Assembly: GCA_003693705.1 (NCBI GenBank)
Contig: RBZT01000846.1
Location: 66,329-130,328, forward strand
Direction: 5' to 3'
Origin: Polymyxa betae A26-41
Lineage: Eukaryota > Protista > Endomyxa: Phytomyxea
DNA: 64,000 nucleotides
The position numbers and the translations under genes were made by a program. Positions 38,338 to 52,692 of this stretch are shown piece after piece. The stretch's first letter is position 1. The number at the start of each line of letters is the position of its first letter. Under the pieces are notes generated by a model. That model had not been told where the DNA came from. It saw only the letters and a program-made list of their open reading frames with translations, and made no database searches.

Positions 38338-39160
38338 ATGGATGGGCAAATTGAGCAACCTGACGATGAGCAGACGGCGATAGTGCTTCGTTATCGACCT
38401 CCATTGTGCTGTCGCTCTGCGCGGTTTGTGATCGATCATTGTCGCGACCATTTTCCGATTTCGCTTCTAGATAATGTCTGTTAAACGAAATAGTTTGACA
38501 AACTTTATATCTAATGGCTGCCTACAGACGAGTGAGCATGAAATCAATGATGCTATAGGCGAAATCAACCGAATGTTGAAAATGACTTCATCACTTCGTT
38601 GGCGATTATGGCCTGTTGTCCTTCTTGTTAGTATTGCTGCTTTGACTGTCATCTCAACTGTCTTTATCCTGTATGATGATACTAGAATTGGAGATCTGAT
38701 GCCTTGGCTTACTCACGATAATATTATCACCATATCTGTTCTTACTTTGATTGCTATTATACTTCTGCTGGTTTACCTGACTTGCGTCGTTCAACTAAGG
38801 AATGCATCGGTATAGAAGCAGTGCTGTGTGTCCAGATTCATATTGAAATTCTTACAGAAGTTGCAAGGGATAGGCCAAGTTCTTTGGTACTTGAATAACC
38901 GTTTTGTTGGAAGACTCTTCTGGCAGGTAAAAGCGCATTCCACTTTGTGAGACAATCATTGAACTTCCCAGTAGCTTTCGACAGATTCCAAGCAACGCCC
39001 TATCATCACCATAAGAGAAGCGAGTGCAGCTTATGTGATTGGACCTGACCCCGTCCTTAGCAATCCTAATGACTACGTTCCTGTCCTGGCTTCATTAAAC
39101 AACACTGATCAGCAGCAAGTTGCTGTTCGGATGACATCGTCAGGTTGCAGGCAGCAATGA
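38338..39160 (+). CDS. Hypothetical two-TM membrane protein
   Basis: Central exon with two hydrophobic helices; downstream exons splice in frame to TGA 39158-39160. Confidence 0.55.
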
Positions 39161-39258
39161 TCATCAATAGAAATCTCAGTATTCACATTACAAATGATAA
39201 TCGATTTCATACAAGCCTGACAACTTTCAATTTTATTTTGAGGAAGAATACCATTCAA

Positions 39259-40123
39259 CTATTTGGACATATCTTGAATCCAATAGCACATCTGCACGAA
39301 CATCTCGTGCTTGAACGTATATTCAATAGACGGATCCGTGTTGAAGTCGACACGGGCTAATTCCTGAAATTTCTTCTTCGCTTGATCAACTGAAGTTCAT
39401 TAAGTATACACCAATGGGGAATGCAGGCCCTTATCGATTACCAGGAAGCAGCATATTTCCATCGCCATGAAATGCTAAAACAGGAACCTGATTATATCGT
39501 GCAGCTGGCACCTTTGTAGAGCTGAATGATACAATCCCTTTCAAACTGGTATTGGTTTTTACACTGCAATTACGATATTATCAAAAAGTTAACCTGCAAC
39601 GATTACAATAGCGTATACCCTAGCTCCAGAGCTATATCTGCACCTTCACCGACTCTAAATGGGGATGTTAGACAGAACCGATCTTGACACAGATAGTGAT
39701 ACCCGCCGAGGAACACATGTTCACATATATTGGATTCTTTACGAATAAGCTCATTTATAGCAGACGTGATGATCGGGTTCGGACTGGACGGCGACCAACA
39801 TGGAGATTCTGTATCGGGATCCAGTGGTGCTTAAATCCACAATTAGATATGTTGGATTGGGCTTAGTGGCCAAACATACCCCAGGGTAGAACAAGTCGAA
39901 TGGAATTAGCTAATTGGCCCAATAACGTGAAAACAGAACGGTATCTGTCTGGATCATCAAAGCGATCATGAAACAAAATCAATGTCGATCTATGATGAAC
40001 TGGATCGACAATCAATGGCGGTCTTCTGAATATACCATGGAAGCCAGCCGTTGAAGTTTGTGTCGATAACCATTTGAGATTAAGAAGCCTACCAGGCGAG
40101 TAGCTGCGGAACTTGACCTTCAT
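39259..40123 (-). CDS. Acyl-protein thioesterase/carboxylesterase-like alpha/beta hydrolase, catalytically degenerate
   Basis: STLILFH, IRLVLP, VFLGG|VGEGADIAL, FHGDGNMLLP follow the Abhydrolase_2 layout; alternative ATG 40195. Confidence 0.65.
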
Positions 40124-40442
40124 GATCGAAAGGGTAGCGACTCCGCAACCAAACCCAACGACATCCGAACCAAATCCACCAAAACAGATTACCATGATAC
40201 TTTATTGTAGATAAAATCGCTCGTATGAAAGTACGATGAGAACATTCAGTCCGCCTTGGAAACCTTGATGATTTTGTCTGAATGTAACAGATATGATGGG
40301 ACATGATGTTATGAGAAATGTGATATGCGCAAAGCTCACCAAGGAGATCTGTCTTTGGGTTTGCTCTGTGATATCGTTGCGAGGCTGCAACCCTCTTTCT
40401 GTTATTTCTTTCTGCTTGTTATAAATCATCATGTACCAGATC

Positions 40443-42190
40443 ATGGTGAAACTCTTAATAGTTGTCGCTCTCATCTCTATTGCTGTGTCGCAGGACGCAC
40501 AGCCATCATCCAGCTTAGTTCAGCTCACAGAATCCAACATCGACGATCTTGTCTTTAACCCATCGGACGACCATGATTGGCTCGTTATGTTTAGCGCACC
40601 TTGGTGTAGGTATGGCGTCGAGTGCAAAATTGCCTGTTTAATTCGGTTTCGAATTCAGGCGGGTGGTGCAAACAGCTCGAGCCCGAATTTCTGAAGGCGG
40701 CCGAGGAGCATCCCAATGAAAAGTATAACGTGAAGTTCGCTAAAGCCGACTGCACAACCGAGAAGTCGTTCAACACTCGATTTGTAATGATACTATGATT
40801 CTGCTTGTATTGTTGTTGATCAATTGGTTAGGATATTGAAGGATATCCTACTGTGAAGCTGTAAATACAAAATGACTCGCTGCTCTGTACGAGTATTGAT
40901 ACCAACGCAGGATCCGAGACAAAACCGTCTTTAATGCTGGCCCATTCAGAAATTCCACCCAGATCGACGAATATATTCACCGGATTGTCACCTTGCCCGT
41001 TCTACGGTTTTCTCGTATGGCGACGATACTCGACGTTTATCGAAATCAGACTGATTGTTTCTGATTTAGCTGAACCGCTGCCCAAAGAATTTCGATCCGA
41101 CCCTTATTTTATCCTGTTCGGAAATCAGAACGTCATGGATCCAAACTCGCCTGTCATGCAGAAGTTCTCCAAGGCTGCTTGGAGAATGCTTCCTTACTTC
41201 ATCAGATCATATCGAATTTACGAGGTTGGTCTGTTATAGCAATGCATCTATCGATTTTGAGCATTTTGGTGTCAGGACGTACCTTCTCCATACATCAAGC
41301 GTGTTGCAGCTGGAGCACCCGATCTGATTTACAAAATATCCGATGAGGAAACGTTAACGGTTGAGGATCTCGTGAATTTCATGCAGAACAATAAGAAGCC
41401 GTTGGTTGCTGAGGTTAAGGTCGACAATTTCAAGGAATTGGTTAAGGCACAACAGCAATGGGTTGTTCTAGCGATAGATCCCGAGGTTTGCCATGTCATC
41501 GGCGGGCTCCTATCTAAATTCACATTTTCGATAGCGCCATCAAACTGCTTTGGATGGGTTCCGTAAAGCAGCTGCTGCCGATCCTGAGGGTATCATGTTT
41601 GTTTGGATCAATTCAGTGGTCTATCCTGAGTGGCTGAAAACCTTTGGAGTCGATTCAAACGTATCCTTTGCTTGTGTTTTTTACTATCTCTACCTGAGGT
41701 TCGTTTAGCAGCCCGGCGTCTTCGTGTACGACCCGAATATGGAACGTCATTGGCGATCATCGAATCTTAGCTTGGACTCTGGAGACGAAATTCTTCAGTT
41801 TATAGCTGATGTCAAAGATGGGAAAATTGAGGTGGTTTTGTTTTCAAATCGATTCCATTTAAGTGACTGATTATTATTCGACTCAGACTATGGGACCTGG
41901 TAGATATCATCCTGCTTATCTCCTTCGGGTAGTCAAGCGTATTTTCGGTTATTATCGTCTAGCACTGACGTGGTTTTACAGCGATTTTATCAGTGGCTGA
42001 CGTCGTCGTTCTATGAGTACAGTTTCAGCTATGAAGTAAGTTGAATGTATTTAATTGGATTTCTTAATGTCCTAACATGTCTTAGTTTGCAGCAGCGGCA
42101 TTCTGCATGTTGACCACTTTGATGGTAATCATGTGGACTTGCATCAGATTTGCTTTGCGCTCAAAGTCTAAGAAGCAAAAGCAGCAATGA
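40443..42190 (+). CDS. ER membrane thioredoxin/PDI-family protein (TMX3-like)
   Basis: Signal peptide, WLVMFSAPWC|GWC, DIEGYPTVK, C-terminal TM and KxKxx retrieval signal (KQKQQ-stop). Confidence 0.8.
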
Positions 42191-42251
42191 AACGTTCTTA
42201 GACGAGCAATCAAGAATAAGCAGATTGCAATACATTGTTCATTATATGAAT

Positions 42252-43513
42252 TCAGTTTTCAGATTCTTTCTTGATCCTCGGTTTCACATCTACCTCTTCT
42301 TTTTCTTCCTCCTCTTCTTCTTCTTCGTTCTCTTCATCCTCAGATGCTGATGACACTGGTTCTTTTTTGGTTGCACCGTGACCATCAGCTGGGCTAATGT
42401 GATCAGACAATATTTTGTTCATCTTAAAGCAATGAAGATTATTGCATTTAAAAACAGTCTTCATTGCGCTATCACACAAAATGAATCTGCACCGCCTTCA
42501 GACAAACTAATATGAAGTCTGCGATTTGGCGACCTTTTATCTTTGGGATTTTGTAGATTATTCTCTTTAACATAGGCCCAGATCCGTTTCACAATCTGAG
42601 GACGTGACATAGGTTCACAAGTTCCGAGCATCGTCTACAAATTTACAGTGAACAGCTGATAATTTAACAACAAAATTCCAACCTGTAGATTGTTAGACAT
42701 TACATACGGCTTATGGAATGCAGATTTTCCACTGCCGCCGCTCGAGCGCTTTGCCTTCTTCGGTGAAGACGGTTTTGAGGAGGAACTCTTTTCGAAATGC
42801 GGAGCCAGAACTTTTTGCAGACCAAAAAACGTTGTTTCAGCAACACCCAGCAATTTTGATAAGGCTTCATCACAAACGATTATCCTGCCATCGGTTGCTG
42901 ATTGAAGCGATTTCTCTTTGACATACTGGATCATACGACGTGTGACTTCAGTCCTAATATTCACATCGTTGAGCATCTTCTAGATATCTTATAAAGTGCA
43001 CCAACCGAGCCATCTTAGCACCAGCTTCATCTGGCTCAACACCTGCACAGTAATGATGAGATGATTTTTTTTGTTGTGAAGGATTACTACCAAGAAATGC
43101 AGCCAATTCCGCCGATATTCCAATAGCCTTTTGAATACCAGATCCAGTAGCTCTCCTTTTCGTCGATTTACGTTTTGGTGATTCTGCAGCTTTACGCTTG
43201 GGACGTGTCCGCGCTGGTCTGCTCTCTTCTGATGAATCTGCATCTGGCGCGGTCTCTTCGCTAATTACATTTATCTTAAGAGCGTTCCAATTATTAAGAT
43301 GGTTACCAACCCAGAGTTCTCGTTCGCATTCATCTCTTCGATAGTCCTATTAACCAGCTGGCGAAGTTCCGATTTCCTGGATCGAATCACGTCGCCGAGT
43401 TCACTTTGCAGCGTATTCATAATGGATTTGAATGTGAGCGTGCTGAGATCTCCATTACGAACGAGCTCAACAGCTCTAGCTGCAGCTGGATCTGACACCG
43501 TGGTCTGGGCCAT
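42252..43513 (-). CDS. DEK-C + two SWIB/MDM2 domains (UAF30/TRI1-like)
   Basis: DLSTLTFKSIMNTL; RTEVTRRMIQYVKEKSLQ..IVCDEAL; SRPQIVKRIWAYVKENNLQNPKDK..CDSAMKTVF. Confidence 0.88.
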
Positions 43514-43759
43514 AATCACAGCACCACCTCTTAATGAGAATGATGACAAGATCGGACTAAATTGTAAAGCTGTCCTTCATAATCCTATCAATATGATGAC
43601 CATTGATACAGTTGGTACCACTACAAATGTTACATGACATATAAACATCTATATAATCATGTATGAGTAATAACATTATAGGATGTTTCAAATGGCACTG
43701 CAGCTACAAACATTCAGATCACTTTGTTATTGCGTAGGTTTGGGAACATCAGGTCGCCA

Positions 43760-46700
43760 ATGACGGCGCTTGATCTGGTGTCCTGCCCTGAACGAGCTCA
43801 GCAAATTGTGAAGGAGCTGCTGACGACATCCTTTCCTCTCGATACGACACCAATTTCTTTGCATCCGATCTGTGTCCTGTTGCGTTCGGATCCGTCAGCG
43901 GCCAGCCAGCTGCTTCTACAATCACAGGCATTGAATTTATTATCGACCTTGCCGAATGCTATTCGATCGCATATCTTACTAGCTCTGCATCATACATTGT
44001 CGTCTGTCAAAACCTCCAAAGACGATTTGAAATCGTTCGCCTCTGCTGCCCTTGAAGCCTGTCAGATAACAACATTTGCATTAATTCTATCTCGTCTACC
44101 AGAAGAAGATCGCAATGAAATCGTTCGTGATATGAACGCTGATATTACGAAAGACAATATTGTGATGTGGCTGAATTCGTTCTCTGATTCACCTGGTGCT
44201 TTATGTCCATCTCTCATATCATTGCTACATAACTCTGTCACCAATGTGTATCAGGATCTACCAGCTCATGATTACATTCCACTTATACAGAATATATTGC
44301 AATTGATCCAGCATATACAGAATGTCGATCAAGCCAAATGTGGGCTTTGGGCTCAGCTCGGTATGGCTCAGATTCCGATCTCTTCCCATTGTCCTTATTG
44401 ATATGGATAGTGAGAAATGTCTTTCGGTTATGTCCTGCATCGTCATTATCTGATTTGAGTTTTATTACTGAAACAGCATTATCATATCAGCCAGTATTGT
44501 ACGATATCATCTATCAACAGCTCCAACAGGTCCACACATTGTCCATCCTTTTCATATGCGAATTACAATGCTGATATCAGACTGAATCATTATCTGCACC
44601 TGATATTATGGTTCTTATGTGTTTATGCTGCTCTCGTCCATATATAGATCCTGTTCTGTCTCCAGTTTTCAAATCAATATCGTCAAAACGTCACTCGATT
44701 CGAGTATGGAAAGATGTTATTCGCTGTCAAGGTAGACTTTTGTGCAATGCCAATCTTGGTCTAGAAATTGTAACATTTGAATACAGGGAATCGGGCATCA
44801 TTATTGAATTCATGGAGTGAGATCTGGATGGAAGATAATGGGGATTTAGGACAGATCGGCAGTGGCATATTGCAATGTTTATTCATTGACATTGAACACA
44901 GCCGTCACGATGTTTTACAGCTCATTCTAACGAATATTACTGAATATGATGGATCCAAAGACATTCAGGTTGCAATCTGTCTCATTCCAATATCGAAATA
45001 ACATCATTCTCAGGATCGCTATATTTCATTGCTGTCGAAACTTCCAATGCAACAACTGATTATGTTCACATCCACCATTATGGACTTTATTAGATATTCT
45101 GGCAACCTGCAGCCTGAACCTGCTAAACGGCTATTATCAATTTTATTGCCAATCGTCCACTTTTCTAACAGTGCTCTTGATCAGCTCATTCTGCTGTTCA
45201 GAAAATTTATTCATTCGCGACTCCCCTCAGAACGCTCTCTGGGTATGTCTACAAGCCCTAATTACTACATTATTTGATATGATTAGGTGCTTTTGGTCTC
45301 TGCGAACTTCTTCGTACAGCTGGATCATCGTTATCGCTATCTGTTCAGCTGGAAATTGTTTCATGTATTGAATCGTCGCTCAATCTTCCATTTCAACAGC
45401 GCACCATGATTTACTCATCGCTACGTCTTGCATTATCGTGCTCCAGTCTCCGGCTACATCAAGAATGTTATCATGCTTTATTTAAAGTCTTAGATAGGAG
45501 ACTTCGACGATTCATCAGATCGGAGAAAGGTAGCGAATTAAGTTACGTCTTGTTTGATTTACAGTTTCCATTGTAGGTCAATGCTCATTATCACTGAAAG
45601 AATATGTTTATGTACAGGATGGAAGTGTTCAATATCACGATAATTTTCCTGAATTAGTTGCATGCCATACACTGACGATACCGCACGTCCTGCCTAAACC
45701 GACCTTTCGTATTGTGGATTTGTTCTTCATGAATCCATCCAAATCACTTGCATTATTATCGAATTCTTCCAGTCAACGATTTGAAGCGAAGAATCTATTT
45801 ATTGCTGTCACCTTTGCTGGTAATTCCTTTATCATGTCACAATACTGTTTCTTGCATGAACTATTCTGTTAGGCGCATGCGAAACACTATCACAACTGCT
45901 ACTGCATGACGAATCAATTGCTAAATTCATGACATCCAACAAAGATCTATCAAGCTGTGATCTATCTGTGTATCTAATTGAGTTATCTTCATACGTTTAT
46001 CAAACTGTATCGGATCTCTCTCGTACAGATGTCACGTCTAAACGTCTCTTGGCGGTATGCTGAATGTTTGAAATCTGTCATGTCATTCTTATAGACGACT
46101 GTGTCTAGAAATGTCCCGATGCTGCAGTTCTTCCAGCCCAATTCTGTTTACAAATGTTGTCTAATGAGAATATATCGCTACTGCCATTATCCCGCCTCGT
46201 ATCAACCGTCAATGCTGCAATCAGTAAACCCTCTGTCAATGATGCTAACAAGCTTGATATCGCTTCGTCCTCATCTTCATCAGCTTCATCTTCAACGTAT
46301 GACCTTATTCGGCACGATATTTCGTATACTGAAGTTTACTTAGGATGATTGTAAATCCAATTACTGTATTAAGGGTGTGTGCACCTTTATTCATTAAAAG
46401 TCTTCCGTGGTCTGAGAGTCAACATAATCACTGCTCTTCATTATTTAAATCTGCCGCTGCACATTCTAATCTTAATATTCCTGATTTAGTTTCTCCTTAT
46501 CGTCATCTGTTGCTAAATCTCATCGCTTCGTCGATCCGTTCCGTTCGGAGCTTTCTTCATTTGACAAGGATTTGCGGGTTTCCGATCTGCACTACTGATG
46601 CCGATCTGAATAATGAAACTTCCGATGAATTCGATGCTGTCGACAATATGGTTTTATCATGGTGTTATGCGATGCAATCGGAATTTGCTGCTTCAATAGA

Positions 46701-47833
46701 AGTGCCATTAGGGCTTGCATATGTTCACCTTATTCAAGGTGCTATCAGTCATATCTCATCTGCAGCACTGGTCAGTTTTGATGTTTTGATTTTTTCTAGT
46801 CTTGCTGAGTTGCTTTCAGGAACGCGCTGCTAAGATTCTATTGAAGCTGCTTAGCTCATATCGAATAAGTAATGCATCTTTAATCAAGGCAATGGTGCAC
46901 CTGCTGGTTTCTTTATCTCCTGATCAAGCTAAACTTTTGATGCAACGGCCAGATAAGATTTTGCTGGAAACAGAATCGTGCCGCTCTGCAACATATGATG
47001 CAATTATGACATCTTCAATCGAATCTTTAAATCAATGCTTTGGTGTGATCAAGCCATACACAAAAAAGAAACTGCTCATAACACATCAAACATTCAAAGA
47101 TGTTCAAGAGGCGGCTGTTCAGTCATGTACAGAGTTAGAAAGATGTCTGGACCTGTGTAACAATCTGATCGCAGTCGACAAAGACGTTCTGGTTTCTGAT
47201 AGATTGATATCACGTCTAGTATCTGTCATTAACAAGCTGTTTACTGTTGGACATTCCTTAATATTCGTTATGTCCCGCCTTGTTACTGCTCTTGATCAAG
47301 ACGTGTTATCTGAAGAACTCGAGTATCTCTCGGAAATCGATTCATGTTTAGGTGATGTTCCTGGGTCTATATCATCTGTTTTACTGATTATGAAAACAAT
47401 AGTCTTTATAGCGAAATTCGTGAAATCTATCCAGTCCATAAGCGATTGGGTTAATCTGCATAAAGAATCAATATCAAGCAATCTGTTATCCACAACCGTG
47501 TTTCGTATTTCAACTTTCGAGCATGATGTAGCAGCCATGGTTCGAAAGCATCGTGGATCTGTTGCATCCGATAGACTGGATAATATTGGGGATCGTCTTC
47601 GCCGCATTGCTGATTGGCAGAATAAGGTTGCCTTTCATCTCTTCGTTCAATTAAATGTAGCTAAGTGTGAGTAGGGCAGTACGAACGTATCACTGAAAAA
47701 TCGTAAGCGTCCAAGGGGTGGTCGTAAACAACAACATCGAAGTCGAATAGCTTACATAGATGAAGCGTTGTTAGAAGAGGAGGGATATGCATCTGATGCA
47801 TATGCTGATCTTGAAGACTGGATTGTTGATTGA
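43760..47833 (+). CDS. FANCI: Fanconi anemia group I-like solenoid protein (divergent)
   Basis: SRHDVLQLIL, DQLILLFRKFIHSR (cf. LILVLRKAMF with the ubiquitinated Lys), LELFHVL..QRTMIY, VFRISTFE; many introns. Confidence 0.65.
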
Positions 47834-48025
47834 ACTGTTTAATTGTAAATTATGAATATTTGCCATGGAGATCAGTTTGCATTGAGCAGCAGGAAGCATA
47901 TGAGATGATGCAGGAGACAGATATCATAATAACGATACATGATGGGAGACCCCATGACCCCATTCTGTACACGTTACATATCCAGTGGTAGTGTATACAG
48001 TACATGACTAGCAGCAGTACATGTG

Positions 48026-51000
48026 ATGAAGCCTGTTAAAGATCAGCTCATTAATCAGTATAGAGATAGAACATGGATTAGATATCCACCAGATCAGCGC
48101 AAACATCAGGGCAACAATCACGACCGAGCTAATGCTCATTATAGAACCATTGTCAGAGCTCTAGATCATGTCGATCTAACTAAGAGTAGGCTCATCTGCA
48201 TAGTCAGAGCTTGAGTCGTTGATAACGAGATCAGGGTCTGCTCCAGATAAGCAATATAATCAATCCAGGAAGCAACGTCATCAGATAGTTTATGATCAAC
48301 ATCAATCTGCTAAAGATCACATTTTTCAATTACTGGAGAATGGCATCCAGAATGAAGTTGAACAGGTACCAAGTCTGTGTATGTTGCAGGGAGAACTTCT
48401 CATCGCTTCACCATAGTTGAAAACAGTATTAAACAGAAATCAGCTCGAAATTCAGTCATTATTGACGAATTTAACAGATGAGGTCCTGTTTGGAATGCGA
48501 TTTGATGCTTTTGAATCGGTCTGGAAGAATGTCTCAGATCTGTATGATGATAGAGATCGTGTCATAGCAGAATCAGATGCAAATCTCAACAGTATTATGG
48601 ACAGTCGAGTCAGTGATCTAAAAGAAGCGATGAGAGCTACAATGAATCAATTAATCGATATTGCGTTTCAATTACAGCCTGAAATTGAATATGTTTTCTA
48701 TCAAGGCCTTCTCCCAATTAATGTAAAGCTAATCGATACCAAACTGGTTTTATCTGGTGCAACTATTTCAATTTTCATTTGTCTTCTTGTGTCTGATGCT
48801 ACGTTTAGAATTTCGATCTCGATTACGTATTGCCGATATTCGATTAAAACAGCGACATTTGACGCTTTATCATGAACGACGTCATGTCTGGAAATTATTG
48901 CAACATGATCGAGCTGTGCAATTACAGAAAGATAAATTCCGGTCTGATCAATATTCAAATCCTGAATGGCGTCAGAGAATCATCTCCGATCTAAAAACTT
49001 GTGATCAACGTCTTGGTGCAAGTATTGAACATCTAATGTCTGGATTAAATCAGCTATCTCCACCGATCTTATCAAGCAGTAAAGTGATGCAGGTAGACAT
49101 TAATGCCATGTTTCTTTCATACCAAAATAATCGTTGAAAATTCAGATTCAAGCTGAAGTCAATTATGTCATTCAGACTGCAAGTCAGATCTCCAATCAGT
49201 GTCTGCAATCATTTTCAGATTCCTTACAAAGTATGGAAGTGGATATGAAACAACAGATCACCGATCTTATAACTGAACTGAATCAATATTCGGCATATGA
49301 ATCAGAACATATCAATCAACAGATTCAATCTCAGATCTTCTTCATTGTTGATGAATATCACCAACGTTTTATAGAGGAGTCCGACCAAATATCTCTCAAC
49401 TTGCAACAGCAAGAGAAGTACGAAAATCGTGTATATTGTTCAGTTACTGTTTGCTGATTGACAAAGGCTACTCAATGAGCGGCTGGGAGCGGCTCTGAAA
49501 TTTTATCTGAGTGCTGGACGAGTCTGGGAAAATTCGCTGAAATCTATTGACGATTTAGAAGTCGATACGAGCGAATCCTGGATGCGTCGTCACGATTTAT
49601 ACGATGTAATAGAATGCATGGCGATCTATTGATTACTGTTTGAATGTTGTTCAGGATGAATTACGGTCATATGAAGACGATGTGAAAGGTATTATGGAGG
49701 GATTGCGGCAAGCTTCAACGGAGGCGATCTTAACGGAAACATTTCAGCAAGCAAATCTGATTTTGGGACCATCTGGACGTATAGAGAAATGCCACAGGAC
49801 CTTCCTTCAGGATTCATTGGTAATAGTGTTTCTAATCAGTTTGTTTAACAGTTGACGTTATGAACAGGACATTGCCCGAGGGCACCTTCCTAACCTTGAT
49901 AAAGTTCTAACGAATATACGTTCAGAGGTGAACATTTTGCTGAAGTTGAGCGCAAAAGATACAGGATCGGATTTGTGCCTGGATGGGGCAGATGATGTTC
50001 AGGTCTGGGCTCAACAGGTCGAAACCAAGTTGAGGAAATGCCACTGCTACTAAATCGTATTGCTAGATCATCTCTGAGACGACTGTCAGTACAAATAGTG
50101 ATTGTATTAGCACAGATCAAGTGAACGATAATCCGACTGAACAACCTCCACTTGATACTCCTACAGAATCTACTCCTCAACCAAAGCCATTAATAGTTGT
50201 TTGTCAATATGAATTCAATCAGCCTTTATTCAGTTAGTGAACCGCTAAAGGCTCCCATTCAAGTACACTGACATGATATGATAGGCTCAATCATAGCCGA
50301 GTTAAGATCTGCGTTCATTTTACACACGAATGAAATTTCACATCGCGAACGTAATCGTGTTCAGTTACTGATTGGGGAACGTGTCCAGGAGGTTTCTGTC
50401 CTCATCGATAAGAGCCTTCGTATACTGGCTCCTCGAATTATTCTATTAAGTTAGTCATATATGTTCATGAATTCTGTCCTATAACGAATCTGTTGTAGAT
50501 GTCGATATAGTACAAATTAGGGTGAACGAGCTCAAAGAAAATTTCAAAAGATTTCAACGGTTCTGGGATAGGTATAACTGAGCAATCGGTTGTGTAATGC
50601 TGTCCTTAACCGTATAACAACAGATATGATCAAACATTCTCCAATGGTGAAGCTGCAATCAAGTCTGGATGTACTTTGTTAGAAAAGCATATCAGCGAAA
50701 GGAACACTGAAATTGAACGTATCAAGGAGATCGCAGCAAAAGCACAATCTATGCAGAAATTACAATCGTTGCACAACAAATCAACAGCATTATCGAAATC
50801 GTTCAAAAACCGCATCATTGCGCAGGTCCAACATTTTGAAAATGCTCTGCCTGATAATGACATTTTGTCGCTCAGATGAAAACTGTTAAATCTCTACAAG
50901 ACGACCTTCAGGCTCAACTTACCCAGCTGCGTGAACAGTTTTTAGCATCTTGCTCTGTACTCGGTTCGAACTGTGGTCCTGGAACTGCTTCCTATCATCC

Positions 51001-51312
51001 ATGTGATAGATCATGCATTCTATTCGAATATCGTTTTGTAACATTGGCTGCAGATGAATTAAAGAAATATGAAGGTGAAGTTGAAATCCTGAAAACCGAG
51101 TCACACAATCGACTTGCCGAACATGCCACTTTGTTAAATCAAATACGAGATAAAGTCTGACAACCATTTGCTATTACGATTTTGTTCTAACTAGTTTCTA
51201 GGTCGAATCAATACTATCACAAAAAGTCACTGATGATGTGATACAAAAAGCGAAAGCAGATCTGGATGCTAAAAAAGGTGCAGCGTCAAACATCCCACAA
51301 CCTTCGAAATAA
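48026..51312 (+). CDS. CCDC180: Coiled-coil ciliary protein, CCDC180 (DUF4455)-like
   Basis: VWKNVSD..R..D..L..R..L..LIDIAFQLQPEIE..IN..L..WKLLQHDRAV..NP pattern; long coiled coil; many introns. Confidence 0.6.
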
Positions 51313-51363
51313 AGATTCACTCTAACTTAAAATGATTCAAGACAAAAGGTTATTGTGAGATAT

Positions 51364-52538
51364 TTAACATGCTGTAGTGATATGGCCAGAAATGATAAGA
51401 TAGTAATATGTTGTCGGAAAGGCAAACAGTAAAGAGTCCTGATTTTCAATATCAAATTCCTGGATTCAAGTTGTACATATTACTGACGATCCTATCCAGA
51501 ATTCCTCCCATTCCAGGCAATATATCTCCCATATCTTTTACATTGAATCCTCTTTTTACTAAGCTTTCCACTAAGTCGCCTAATAACGATCTTAGCGAGC
51601 CATGACGATATACACAAATATGAAGACAACCTATGGAAGCTGTAATGGCAATCAGTATTGATAACAGATGCAATTGTAGATTATGAAGCGGAAATTCCGA
51701 CTCTAAACGAAGAGCCTGAGCGAATTGAAGGACTGCTGAGATTAGAGTTACCTGGATGGAAACTGGATAGAATTGTGTCAAATATATATGATGTAACAAT
51801 ACTTGATATGATTGTGCTTAGATAGCCTTCCAATGTCTTACCACGACTAATCCTGGTAATATGATGTCGACCAAACATCATGCCACCAAAGAAACCGAAT
51901 GCTTCACCAATACAGGTTGTGATTATAGTGAACCATAGAGCCTCCAGAGCATAGGGAAGATCATTCAACAATGACGCATGTGCTAGTGTACCACCAATAT
52001 AGAAACATTGAAACACAGCTAACATGTACTTGTGATAAGTGGTCACATCGAGCTTTCCATCACCCAAATTGTAAATAATCATAAAACAAGAGATAAGAAA
52101 GGGCATCACTAGTGCATGGATAAGTGACAATCATAGTATGGATTGAAATAGATTACAGAAAAGTGCATGAGTGAGTCCCCATCTTCCATACATAGCAGTC
52201 ATTATCAATAGATATGATGATGGGAATGTACATATGAACCTCTGTATCAGGCATGAATTGCTGCCAACATATCTGTCGAAGTTCGCCTGAAGTTCTAATC
52301 CGCTCTGAAAGTATTCTTGAGAACCGTGTCGTAGCTTTGCAAGTATAGTCGAACATACCAATGTAGATAATATTAAGCCGAATATGATTCGTAGAGGATA
52401 TGAGGACATGAGAACTATTGATAGAGGTATGGCAATAGCTACTGATAAGAGTCTTGCTGGTAAGCCTTGCTGATTTGTCACAGCTGTCTTCATATCATGA
52501 CTGAATATACAACTAGAAGTGGCATCATATTTAGACAT
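51364..52538 (-). CDS. cdsA: Phosphatidate cytidylyltransferase (CDP-DAG synthase), compact bacterial-like type
   Basis: [50 protein letters not shown]; multi-TM; at least 4 introns. Confidence 0.88.
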
Positions 52539-52692
52539 TGTTTGATGTTACAAAATACAGTGTGCTGAATCGCTGATAGAGACGACTGTATAGCAACCCT
52601 AGTCCGAGTCCCCATCATCAACATAAAACTTGACGTATCCTTCTATACCCCTTCATCATTATCACACCCCTTCTCACATTTGTTTCGTTCTC

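Noticed and set aside
52128-52133. Apparent in-frame TGA between two cdsA ORFs (readthrough, Sec or recoding?)
   Set aside because: It lies inside a 48-nt GT-AG intron; similar abutting ORFs in IFT122 are also explained by introns. No evidence for an alternative code.
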